This document shows, piece by piece, positions 1-9,043 of a stretch of DNA of 64,000 bases. The notes beneath the pieces are model-generated. The model searched no databases and was not told the DNA's origin. It worked only from the letters and a program-made list of their open reading frames with translations. The stretch is from an uncultured Dehalococcoidia bacterium (GTDB lineage: Bacteria > Chloroflexota > Dehalococcoidia > Lucifugimonadales > CAZDRU01). Made by a program: the position numbers and the translations under genes. The stretch lies in the NCBI GenBank assembly GCA_964508175.1, contig CAZDRU010000029.1:18510-82509 (forward strand), written 5' to 3'. The stretch's first letter is position 1. Every line of letters begins with the position of its first letter.

Positions 1-1
1 G

Positions 2-439
2 AATAAAAATTTATCCAACTGTTCTTTAAATTATAACTGTACTATTCCTGATTCAGAAAACAATTTAATCAATAATTACCAAAAATATTTAACTCAAAAT
101 CAAGAGAAAGATCTTATTTTAGGGAAAACAACCATTGGGCCTCATATAGATGATTTTATTATCACAATTGAAAATAAAAATATACGAAAATTTGTATCTA
201 GAGGACAAGCAAGAATTCTAGCTTTATGTTTAAAAATTGCACAAATAGAATACTTTAAAAATCACACAAAAAACGACTCAATTATATTACTTGATGATAT
301 CCTCTCAGAATTAGATTACCCCTCTCAAAAAGAAGTATTAAATCTATCTAGCACTTATCCTCAAACCATTATTACAAGCACTACAACAGAATGGGTAAAA
401 AATTTTGGTCTAATTGACGTTTCTTTATTAAATCTTTAA
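2..439 (+). CDS. recF: DNA replication/repair protein RecF, C-terminal part (5' end outside window)
   Basis: Frame 2 is open from the window edge to TAA at 437-439. Translation ...GKTTIGPHIDDFIITIENKNIRKFVSRGQARILALCLKIAQ...SIILLDDILSELD... matches the RecF C-terminal signatures (GPHRDD, SxGQQR, LLDDvxSELD). Not in the ORF track because no start codon lies inside the window. Confidence 0.8.
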   Translation, partial: NKNLSNCSLNYNCTIPDSENNLINNYQKYLTQNQEKDLILGKTTIGPHIDDFIITIENKNIRKFVSRGQARILALCLKIAQIEYFKNHTKNDSIILLDDILSELDYPSQKEVLNLSSTYPQTIITSTTTEWVKNFGLIDVSLLNL

Positions 440-600
440 TAATTAAATTGATTTTCTTTTTAGTATTTTTTCTTTAATAAACATTTTTGTTCTTAATTCG
501 CTATTAAAACAAATGATTTATTCAATTATTCTTTATATAATTTCTTTAAATAAGAAGAAAATTACATGAAAAAACAATTTTTGGAGAAAATAATCTCAAA

Positions 601-1752
601 ATGAATATCTCTCAATTTATTCAAGACAATTGGTTCGCCATAACAATGCTTTTAAGTTGGATAATTTTTTCATTATTAATATATATAATATTAAAATTAT
701 CAGCTAAAAAAATTCGTTCTTGGATTGAAAATAATATACCTATAGATTTGTCAGGATTTAGTTCAAAAATTTCCTCTTTATTATTCTTATTCATTACGGT
801 TTTATCAGGAATTTTTGTCATAATTATAATTACCAAAGAATACGAAATAATAAACACAGCAACTGCAATAAATAATGTTCAATCTGCTTTGGGAAATTGG
901 TTGCTTTGGATTCTTCCAAAATTACCGAGAATAGTATTTATTTTAGCAATTTCAATTTTTCTCCTTAAACTAAATCAAAAATTCCTTCCTATATTATTAG
1001 AAAAAATTTTCTACGCTAATAAATCAAAAGGCAATGAAAATGAAAATCGCAGATTAAAAACTATCATTGTTATAGTAACACGGGGCATAAAAATACTAAT
1101 TATTTCAGCTGGTAGCTTTATAATACTAGCTGATCTAGGATTCTCTATAAGTCCGATGTTAGCAGGATTAGGAATAGGAGGTATTGCAGTAGCACTAGCA
1201 TTACAACCTGTTTTAAGTAACTTCTTTGCAGCGGCATACGTAGTATCTGATGGAGCTATTCATGTTGGAGATTATATAGAATTAGATTCAGGCATTAATG
1301 GATTTGTGACCGAAATGGGTTGGCGCACAACAAAAGTAAGAACTCCTTTTAATAATATGGTAATCATCCCGAATTCTCGATTATCTGAAGAAATAATCAC
1401 CAATTACTATTCTCCATCCACAGAAATAGGTATTAGAGTCGCTTGTGGAGTAAGCTATGAAAGTAATTTAACTCTAATCGAAAAAATTACTTTAGAAACA
1501 GCGAAAAAAGTCATTAAAAATTGTTCATCTGCTGTAAAAGAACAAGATCCTTTCTTTGCTTTTGATAATTTTGGAGATTCTAATATCGACTTTTGGGTTT
1601 TCTTAAGAGCAACTGATAGATTAGGAAGTTTTCAATTAAAAAGTGAAATGATAAAATCTTTACACGCAAGATTTGCTAAAGAAAATATAGAAATAAACTA
1701 TCCAGTAAGAAGACTGGTTTTCCCAGAAAAATCAAATCCCATAAAGCCTTAA
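601..1752 (+). CDS. MscS-family small-conductance mechanosensitive channel
   Basis: Several N-terminal hydrophobic helices, then the MscS beta-domain pattern VGDYIELDSGINGFVTEMGWRTTKVRTPFNNMVIIPNS. Confidence 0.85.
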   Translation: MNISQFIQDNWFAITMLLSWIIFSLLIYIILKLSAKKIRSWIENNIPIDLSGFSSKISSLLFLFITVLSGIFVIIIITKEYEIINTATAINNVQSALGNWLLWILPKLPRIVFILAISIFLLKLNQKFLPILLEKIFYANKSKGNENENRRLKTIIVIVTRGIKILIISAGSFIILADLGFSISPMLAGLGIGGIAVALALQPVLSNFFAAAYVVSDGAIHVGDYIELDSGINGFVTEMGWRTTKVRTPFNNMVIIPNSRLSEEIITNYYSPSTEIGIRVACGVSYESNLTLIEKITLETAKKVIKNCSSAVKEQDPFFAFDNFGDSNIDFWVFLRATDRLGSFQLKSEMIKSLHARFAKENIEINYPVRRLVFPEKSNPIKP

Positions 1753-1883
1753 TATTAAAAAAAATCTTAAATAGATAACAATTATTTTTTAAAAATACTA
1801 AATTTTTTTTAAAATAATTTAAAATCATACTGTTTAAGTATTTATTCTCCTTTACATAATTTAATATAATCCTTTCAAAATAA

Positions 1884-2441
1884 ATGAGAATTACTGCAGG
1901 CAAATTACGAGGAATAAAATTTGACTTCCCAAAAAACAAAGACACAAGACCTACTTCATCCCTGGTAAGACTTTCAATATTTAACACTATTGGAGTCAAC
2001 AACATTGAAGGAAAGTTAGTATTAGATATGTTTGCAGGAAGTGGTTCTTTAGGCATTGAAGCTCTTAGCAGAAATGCAAAACATGTAGATTTTGTAGAAA
2101 TGTCAAAAATTAACTGTATGACATTGAAAAAAAATCTGCATCTATTGGAAATAGAAAATTTAACTAATATTTATTGTCAAAAGGTGGAAATTTTTTTGAG
2201 TGAAAATAAAACAAAATACGATACAATACTAATGGATCCTCCATATAAACTTAATTCTTTAAACGAAACATTAGATCTATTAGCTCATTCTTCCATTCTT
2301 AAAAAAAATTCAACAATTATAATTGGACATTCAAAAAGACAAATATTAAAAAATACTTATAAAAATTTATATAGAAATAAATTTAAACAATATGGCGAAA
2401 GTAACGTAAGTTATTTTTCATTCAAAAAAGAAGTTTTGTAA
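1884..2441 (+). CDS. rsmD: 16S rRNA (guanine966-N2)-methyltransferase RsmD
   Basis: MRITAGKLRG...RPTSSLVRLSIFN, SAM motif DMFAGSGSLGIEALSR, DPPY motif. Stop overlaps the coaD start (TAATG), the classic rsmD-coaD pair. Confidence 0.85.
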   Translation: MRITAGKLRGIKFDFPKNKDTRPTSSLVRLSIFNTIGVNNIEGKLVLDMFAGSGSLGIEALSRNAKHVDFVEMSKINCMTLKKNLHLLEIENLTNIYCQKVEIFLSENKTKYDTILMDPPYKLNSLNETLDLLAHSSILKKNSTIIIGHSKRQILKNTYKNLYRNKFKQYGESNVSYFSFKKEVL

Positions 2442-2920
2442 TGGTTACCGCACTTTATCCAGGAACATTTGACCCAGTTACTTTAGGACATTTTGATGTC
2501 GTTACCAGAGCTGCTAAATTATTTGAAAAGGTAGTTATAGGAGTATATTCAAACTCGAACAACGTAACCTTTAGTAGTAAAGAACGTGTTGAAATGTGGG
2601 AAAAAACCACGAGTAACATTGAAAACATATCAGTAAAAGAATTCAATGGGCTTGCTATAGAACTAGCAAGAAAAATTAATGCGAGTGTTCTCGTAAGAGG
2701 TTTGCGAAGTGGTTCTGATTTTGAATTTGAATTTGAGATGGCTTTTATGAATAAAAAGCTTAATTCTGAAATAGAAACAATTTGCTTAATGACCAATCTT
2801 TCATATCAATTTATTAGTTCTTCTTTACTAAAAGAAGTTTTAAATCTAGGAGGGAATATTCATTCATTAGTTCCCTCAGAAATAATTGAAATTTTAAAAA
2901 ACAAATTTCCGGAAAAATAA
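2441..2920 (+). CDS. coaD: phosphopantetheine adenylyltransferase
   Basis: N-terminal ALYPGTFDPVTLGHFDVVTRA (nucleotidyltransferase T/HxGH motif); about 159 aa, typical size. Confidence 0.95.
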   Translation: MVTALYPGTFDPVTLGHFDVVTRAAKLFEKVVIGVYSNSNNVTFSSKERVEMWEKTTSNIENISVKEFNGLAIELARKINASVLVRGLRSGSDFEFEFEMAFMNKKLNSEIETICLMTNLSYQFISSSLLKEVLNLGGNIHSLVPSEIIEILKNKFPEK

Positions 2921-2940
2921 AACATAATGGAGGCAACATA

Positions 2941-3423
2941 ATGAATATGATTACTATTATAGATAGAATAGAAGCCCTGATAAATACAAGTCGCAAAGTT
3001 CCAATAACTCAACAAACAATTGTTGATTCAGAAAAAATAACAGAACTGATTACTCAACTTCGATTGAGTGTTCCATTTGATGTGAAAGCTGCAGGCGAGA
3101 TTATCCATAAAAAAGATCAAATTGTACATCAAGCTCAAGGAGATGCTCGAAAACTTGTTGAATCTGCTGAACACGAATATCAATCACGCATTGAACAAAG
3201 TGAAATAGTTAAATCTGCACAAAACAAAGCAGAAGAAATTATAAATGATTCAGAACAAAGAGCTAAAAAAATTATTGATATTGCAGATATTGAAGCAAGA
3301 ACTCATCGTTCAGAAGTTGATACATATACTCAAGCATCCCTAGAAAAATTAGAAAAAGAAGTATTAAGTTTGCTTGACACTGTTAGAAACGGATTAAATA
3401 TACTTTCAAAACCAAATTCGTAG
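2941..3423 (+). CDS. hypothetical coiled-coil protein (ATPase subunit b/H-like heptad region)
   Basis: GGAGG 7 nt upstream of the ATG. Sequence is Glu/Lys/Ala/Gln-rich with a long predicted helix. No catalytic motif recognised. Confidence 0.45.
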   Translation: MNMITIIDRIEALINTSRKVPITQQTIVDSEKITELITQLRLSVPFDVKAAGEIIHKKDQIVHQAQGDARKLVESAEHEYQSRIEQSEIVKSAQNKAEEIINDSEQRAKKIIDIADIEARTHRSEVDTYTQASLEKLEKEVLSLLDTVRNGLNILSKPNS

Positions 3424-3462
3424 AACTTTTGACCAAAAATAAATTAAAACAGAAGGCAAAAA

Positions 3463-4176
3463 ATGAATAATCCGTTTTTTGAGCTGAATAATACAATGGG
3501 AACTCCTAATTTACAGTTGCCCGAAGAATTACGAGAACCTATACGTACTCACTTAAATAATTTACACCAACAATATCTAGAAATGAATTGGGCACAACAT
3601 GTTGGATATGGTAAAAATCCAGCTATCATAGTTATTGATTTAGCTATAAATTGGACTATATTAAATACCCAAATGGGAAGTAATATGGATTCAGTTGTTA
3701 ATGCTACAAAAAATATTTTAGAATCTGGAAGGATGGCAAATATACCAATTTTTTTCTCAACATCAGATTTTGATCCTGATGAACTTTCAGCATTTCGTTC
3801 TAAAAAATTTAAAACGGATGTTAAAAAAGGGAATGAATCTCTTTATGATCTTGATCCACGACTAAACCGGCAACCAAACGAAAAAATAGTGTATAAAAAA
3901 TATGCTTCTTGTTTTAAAGGCACAAATATGCAAGAAATGCTTACTGCATTACAGATTGACACATTAATTTTAACTGGAGTAAGTACAAGTCACTGTGTCT
4001 ACGCTACTGCACGTGATGCAAGTGATAGTTTTCGTGTTATTATTCCATATGAAGCAGTAGGAGATCGTTGCCAAATTATGCAATGGGTAAACCTTCTAGA
4101 TATAGAAATAGATATAGGAGATGTAGTCTCGACACAGAACGTTACTGATTACCTTAAAAGACTAAAATTAAAATGA
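3463..4176 (+). CDS. isochorismatase-family cysteine hydrolase
   Basis: Pattern PAIIVIDL...; LILTGVSTSHCVYATARDASDSFRVIIPYEAVGDR carries the family's catalytic Cys context. 4-nt overlap (ATGA) with the next gene. Confidence 0.75.
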   Translation: MNNPFFELNNTMGTPNLQLPEELREPIRTHLNNLHQQYLEMNWAQHVGYGKNPAIIVIDLAINWTILNTQMGSNMDSVVNATKNILESGRMANIPIFFSTSDFDPDELSAFRSKKFKTDVKKGNESLYDLDPRLNRQPNEKIVYKKYASCFKGTNMQEMLTALQIDTLILTGVSTSHCVYATARDASDSFRVIIPYEAVGDRCQIMQWVNLLDIEIDIGDVVSTQNVTDYLKRLKLK

Positions 4177-5150
4177 CAAAACTTAAAGTTGGAGTAATAG
4201 GATGTGGAAGACATGCTCAAACTCATTTTCAGGAAATTAAAGAAGATAAAAGATTACATTTAGCAGCAATAGCTGAAATCAACTCTGAAAGACGCGAAAC
4301 AACGCTGCAAATGTATAAACCAGACGAAAGTTTTTCAGATTATCAAGATATGCTTCAAAAAATGGATTTAGATATAGTCTATGTAGAAACAATGCCTGGA
4401 CATCTTCTTCCTATTGTAACTGCTTGTTTGGAAGAAGGAATTAATACCTCGGTCGAAAAACCTCCTGGAATGAATTCGAAAGAAACTCAAATTTTAGCTA
4501 ATATTGCAAAAAATAGTAACGTAAAAACGATTGTATCATTCAATCGACGATATTTCCCAGAAGTATTAGCTGTTCGTGAACAAATTCAAAAATCTGGGGG
4601 AGCTGTTCATGTCAATGCCACGTACAACAAACCTATATCACCATTAGTCCATTCTTCACTGAAAAATCTCGTGCCAGATCTTGTCATATGTGATGCAATA
4701 CATCATGTTGATCTTTTACGTTGGATGGCTGGTTCTTCAACAACAACAGCCTCTAAGGCAATTGAAGTCTATTCAATCGTACATGATGGACCACGAGAAG
4801 GTTCACATAGACATAATGCATCTATTAAATTTGCTTCAGGAACAATTGGTTCAATGATAAGTCACTATGGAGTAGGTTATAGGATACAAAGAGCAGAAGT
4901 TCATGCTGAAGATCTATCATTTTATCTCGATTTAACAACCAACAATCGACTCGTAGAACATTATAGTCAAGGAAAGGCAATTGGTGGCAAGTTAAACCTA
5001 GACTCTGTTGGAGGATCTGAATATAACGAAACTCGTCATTTTGTAGATTGTATATTAGAAAACAAAACTCCATGGTCGAATTTAGATGATGCAGTACATA
5101 CCATGCAATTATGTGAAGCTATCCGAAGAGGTCACAAAGGACCACTCTAA
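4173..5150 (+). CDS. Gfo/Idh/MocA-family NAD(P)-dependent oxidoreductase
   Basis: N-terminal Rossmann KVGVIGCGRHAQTHF and the EKPP motif (SVEKPPGM). Confidence 0.8.
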   Translation: MTKLKVGVIGCGRHAQTHFQEIKEDKRLHLAAIAEINSERRETTLQMYKPDESFSDYQDMLQKMDLDIVYVETMPGHLLPIVTACLEEGINTSVEKPPGMNSKETQILANIAKNSNVKTIVSFNRRYFPEVLAVREQIQKSGGAVHVNATYNKPISPLVHSSLKNLVPDLVICDAIHHVDLLRWMAGSSTTTASKAIEVYSIVHDGPREGSHRHNASIKFASGTIGSMISHYGVGYRIQRAEVHAEDLSFYLDLTTNNRLVEHYSQGKAIGGKLNLDSVGGSEYNETRHFVDCILENKTPWSNLDDAVHTMQLCEAIRRGHKGPL

Positions 5151-5242
5151 ATAATTTACTGCAAATTAATCTACTCTTTGCAAACTAAACAATGAAGTTT
5201 CAAATGTTATACTAATTTAATCTTTATAAAGGCTCATTAAAA

Positions 5243-7996
5243 TTGCCAAAAACAGAAACTCAAAATAATAATTTAGTTTTAGCTTTTGATTGCCATTCAT
5301 TAATATATCGATCATGGTTCGGCTTATCATCTTCACAGCTACTTACTACAGCAAATCAAGAAAATGTAACTGCAGTATATGGATTTGCTCGAACATACTT
5401 TTCAATCATTGAAGAATATAATCCATCTCATTGCATAGCAACATTTGACACACCGAAACCAACATTTCGTCATAAAATGCGTAAAGAATATAAAGCAAAT
5501 AGACCTCCAGCGCCACCAGAACTAATTCCTCAGTTTGAAAAAGTTAAAAAATTCCTAGCAGCATTTGATGTGCCACGCTTAGAATTTCCAGGATATGAAG
5601 CTGATGACATCATAGGCACAATTATTAAGATCGCAGAATCTAAGCAAAAAAATACTCTTATCGTTAGTAGTGATTCAGATCTGCTTCAATTAGTTTCAAA
5701 ATATACAAAAGTATTAATGTTAAATCCGTATAGTGGGAAAAAAGTATATGCCAATTCTGAAATTCAAGAGCGATATAACGGATTATCAGCGAATCAACTC
5801 ATTGATTTAAAAGCATTACAAGGAGACAAGTCTGATAACATAATAGGAATACCTGGAATTGGAGAAAAAACAGCTATAAAACTACTATCAGAATATGAGT
5901 CGATAGAAAATATTTATACAAATTTAAACAAAATAAATCCAATAAGAATAAAAAATTTGCTAGAAAACCACGAAGTCTTAGTAAAAGAAAATATAGACCT
6001 CGTAACTATAAAAAACGACCTGAATACCCTACCTAATAAAAAAATTAACCCTTTTTCGCAACCTATTTTTGTTAACTATGGTGAATTTAATATAAGTAAT
6101 GCAATAGAAATGCTAAAAACATTTGAATTTTTTTCTTTAGTTCAAAAAGTTTCAAATTTATCAGGAACCATGACAAATTCTCAACCAATTATTAAAAACA
6201 AATACATTACTAATTATGAACTAATTGATGATGACCTGAAATTAGAAAAACTTAAAATATTACTAAAAAAAACATCAATATTATCCTTAGACACTGAAAC
6301 CACGAATCTCGATCCATGGCAAGCAACACTGGTAGGTATTTCTATATCCATAGGTGAAGGTAAAGCTTGGTATATACCACTAGGTCATACCAATGGAAAA
6401 CAAATATCTTTAAAAAAAATTCAGCTATTTTTAAATGAAATTCTTCTGAAAAACAAAAAAATTATATTCCACAATGCCAATTTTGATTTAAGTGTTTTAA
6501 GAAATGCAAAAATCAAAGTCGAATCTACAATAATTGATACGATGGTTGCTGCTCACATATTAGGAAAAACATCGATAGGCCTTAAACAATTAGCATTAGA
6601 AATATTTGGAATAGAAATGGAACCAATTAAAACTCTCATCGGCAGTGGGAAAAAACAAATTTCTATAGATAATGTTTCAATCGAAAAAGTAAAGAATTAT
6701 GCGTGTTTAGATGCTGAAATTACTTTCAGGCTTTGGGAATTTTTTCAAAAATCAATTGAATCAGAGCCTTTTAAATCCCTATTCTATAATTTAGAAATGC
6801 CGTTAGTAAAAATATTAGTAGATATTGAAGAAAAAGGAATTGAAATAGATATTAATATATTAGAATCAATGTCTACTGAATTATCACAAAGCTTAACATC
6901 TCTACAAGAACAAATATTTACAATAGTAGGTGAAAAATTTAATTTAAATTCACCAAAACAATTATCTGATATTTTATTCACTAAAATAAACCTTCGGAAA
7001 ACACGTAAAATAAAAACAGGCTATTCAACTGATTCAGCTTCACTAGATTCATTAAAAAACGAATCTACAGGAATAGTTTCTAAAATTCTTGAATACCGAC
7101 ATATAACAAAAATTAAAACGACATACGTTGATTCATTGCCAAAACTTAAAAACCAAAATTCAAATAGATTACACACAAAATACAATCAAATTGGTTCAAC
7201 AACAGGTAGAATCTCAAGCAGTGAACCAAACCTTCAAAACATACCTATTAAAACTGAAATTGGAAAAAGAGTAAGAAATGCATTTATAGTCAAAGATTCA
7301 GAAAATTTCACATTGATGTCAATCGATTATTCTCAAATAGAACTTCGAATATTAGCGCATATAAGTAAAGATGATAACCTGTGTAAAGCTTTCAATCAAA
7401 ATGAAGATATCCATTCACAAACAGCATCATTAATGTTTGGAGTTTCCCTAAAAGAAGTAACCGAACAAATGAGACGTGTAGCAAAAATTCTTAATTTTGG
7501 AGTAATCTTTGGACTATCTCCATATGGCATATCGCAACAAACTGAATTTAGTATTGAAGAAGGAGCTCATTTTATAAAAACATATTTCGCTGCATATCCA
7601 AAAATTGAGACTTATATCGAATCCACCCTGAACAAAGCAAACACAGAAGGATATGTAGAAACTCTCCTTGGACGCAGAAGATACATTCCAGAACTAACGT
7701 CATCTAACAGAAATATTCGGCAAGCAGGAGAAAGAATGGCAATTAATATGCCAATCCAAGGAACTGCTGCAGATATAATGAAAATAGCAATGATTAATAT
7801 CGATAAAAAAATACAAACAGAATGTTTAGAAAGTCAAATGATTTTGCAAGTACATGATGAATTAATATTCGAAACGAAAAAAACTGAAACTTCAAACTTA
7901 ACTAATTTAGCAGTAGAAGCAATGACACAAAATTTCGAATTAATTGTCCCTTTAAAAACAAACATCAAAGTAGGATCTTGCTGGGGAGAAATATAA
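5243..7996 (+). CDS. polA: DNA polymerase I
   Basis: 5'-nuclease N-terminus, 3'-5' exo motif LSLDTETT, pol motif A DYSQIELRILAH, motif B RRVAKILNFGVIFGLS, motif C QVHDEL. TTG start as given in the ORF track. Confidence 0.95.
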   Translation: MPKTETQNNNLVLAFDCHSLIYRSWFGLSSSQLLTTANQENVTAVYGFARTYFSIIEEYNPSHCIATFDTPKPTFRHKMRKEYKANRPPAPPELIPQFEKVKKFLAAFDVPRLEFPGYEADDIIGTIIKIAESKQKNTLIVSSDSDLLQLVSKYTKVLMLNPYSGKKVYANSEIQERYNGLSANQLIDLKALQGDKSDNIIGIPGIGEKTAIKLLSEYESIENIYTNLNKINPIRIKNLLENHEVLVKENIDLVTIKNDLNTLPNKKINPFSQPIFVNYGEFNISNAIEMLKTFEFFSLVQKVSNLSGTMTNSQPIIKNKYITNYELIDDDLKLEKLKILLKKTSILSLDTETTNLDPWQATLVGISISIGEGKAWYIPLGHTNGKQISLKKIQLFLNEILLKNKKIIFHNANFDLSVLRNAKIKVESTIIDTMVAAHILGKTSIGLKQLALEIFGIEMEPIKTLIGSGKKQISIDNVSIEKVKNYACLDAEITFRLWEFFQKSIESEPFKSLFYNLEMPLVKILVDIEEKGIEIDINILESMSTELSQSLTSLQEQIFTIVGEKFNLNSPKQLSDILFTKINLRKTRKIKTGYSTDSASLDSLKNESTGIVSKILEYRHITKIKTTYVDSLPKLKNQNSNRLHTKYNQIGSTTGRISSSEPNLQNIPIKTEIGKRVRNAFIVKDSENFTLMSIDYSQIELRILAHISKDDNLCKAFNQNEDIHSQTASLMFGVSLKEVTEQMRRVAKILNFGVIFGLSPYGISQQTEFSIEEGAHFIKTYFAAYPKIETYIESTLNKANTEGYVETLLGRRRYIPELTSSNRNIRQAGERMAINMPIQGTAADIMKIAMINIDKKIQTECLESQMILQVHDELIFETKKTETSNLTNLAVEAMTQNFELIVPLKTNIKVGSCWGEI

Positions 7997-7997
7997 A

Positions 7998-9026
7998 TTA
8001 TTTTTTAGTTAATAATTCTATTGCATAATTTATATCTTGAATTTTATTGCCTTTCTCTATCTCATGAACTAATTCGACAAGACGTTCATTCAATGGAGTT
8101 TTTACCCCAACTTCTTTTCCTTTTTTAACTATATATCCATTAAGAAAATCTACTTCAGTTAAACGTTTTTTTTCTATATCTTGTAAAAGAGAAGGTTTTC
8201 CTTCACCAAGTTTATAAGCATCTTTTTTCAATGATTGCATTATAAGGTCTTTATTCACAGTAGAATTAGATGAAAATAATTTAGATTCAACTCCATTAAT
8301 TGCTTCAATACTAATACCAAGAACTTTAGCTACATTAACAACTTCAGTTGCTATTTCTACGAGAATTTTTAATGTATCGTGTCGAGTTCTAAGTTCTCTA
8401 GCACCCAATCCCGTAACTCCTGCAAGCGAATTCGACATGCAATTTTGAGCAAGTTTGGCCCACCTTTGTCCCCATAGGTTATTTGTTAAAGCTATAGGTC
8501 CTACTAATTCTAATATATCCTTTAAAAAATTTAATCTAGACGATATTAAACCATTTAATTCACCTAATGTAAGTGCTGGATTTTCTTTTACAGAAGTACG
8601 TTTAACAACCCCTGGTTCAATAAGCATGGCTCCTAAAGTTATTACACATCCTATTGTCTTCGAAAAACCCACTAAAGAAGCTATAATTTCATCATTAATG
8701 CCATTTTGAGCAGAAATAATTACTCCTCCAGGAGACATATATCGTTCAATGAATTTTATAACCCAAACTGTATCTTGTGATTTCACACAACAAAAAACAA
8801 AATCAAATTTAGGATTACTATTAGATAATTCCCCTAAATGAAATGCATCTATAGATACTGTGAATTCATCATTATCAGCATTTAATGTTAAACCCTGAGT
8901 TTTAATTGTTTCTACATGTTGAGGCCATGTATCAATAATACTGACATGATGGCCTGCTTTTGCAATATAAGCTGCTATTAAACTTCCAATTGCCCCTGCG
9001 CCTATTACAGCTATTTTGTTTTTCAT
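7998..9026 (-). CDS. 2-dehydropantoate 2-reductase (ApbA/PanE) family oxidoreductase
   Basis: N-terminal KIAVIGAGAIGSLIAAYIAKAGHHVSIID Rossmann fold and PanE-like length and C-terminal helical domain. True substrate not determinable. Confidence 0.7.
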   Translation of the reverse strand: MKNKIAVIGAGAIGSLIAAYIAKAGHHVSIIDTWPQHVETIKTQGLTLNADNDEFTVSIDAFHLGELSNSNPKFDFVFCCVKSQDTVWVIKFIERYMSPGGVIISAQNGINDEIIASLVGFSKTIGCVITLGAMLIEPGVVKRTSVKENPALTLGELNGLISSRLNFLKDILELVGPIALTNNLWGQRWAKLAQNCMSNSLAGVTGLGARELRTRHDTLKILVEIATEVVNVAKVLGISIEAINGVESKLFSSNSTVNKDLIMQSLKKDAYKLGEGKPSLLQDIEKKRLTEVDFLNGYIVKKGKEVGVKTPLNERLVELVHEIEKGNKIQDINYAIELLTKK

Positions 9027-9043
9027 TATTATATTTCTCCTTT

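Noticed and set aside
566-604. 12-codon upstream ORF (MKKQFLEKIISK) overlapping the MscS start
   Set aside because: Too short, no RBS, and expected by chance in AT-rich sequence.
1676-2056. 126-aa minus-strand ORF spanning the MscS 3' end, the spacer and the rsmD 5' end
   Set aside because: It overlaps two well-supported + strand genes, and its sequence is low-complexity Leu/Phe/Asn. It most likely arises by chance from the AT-rich composition.
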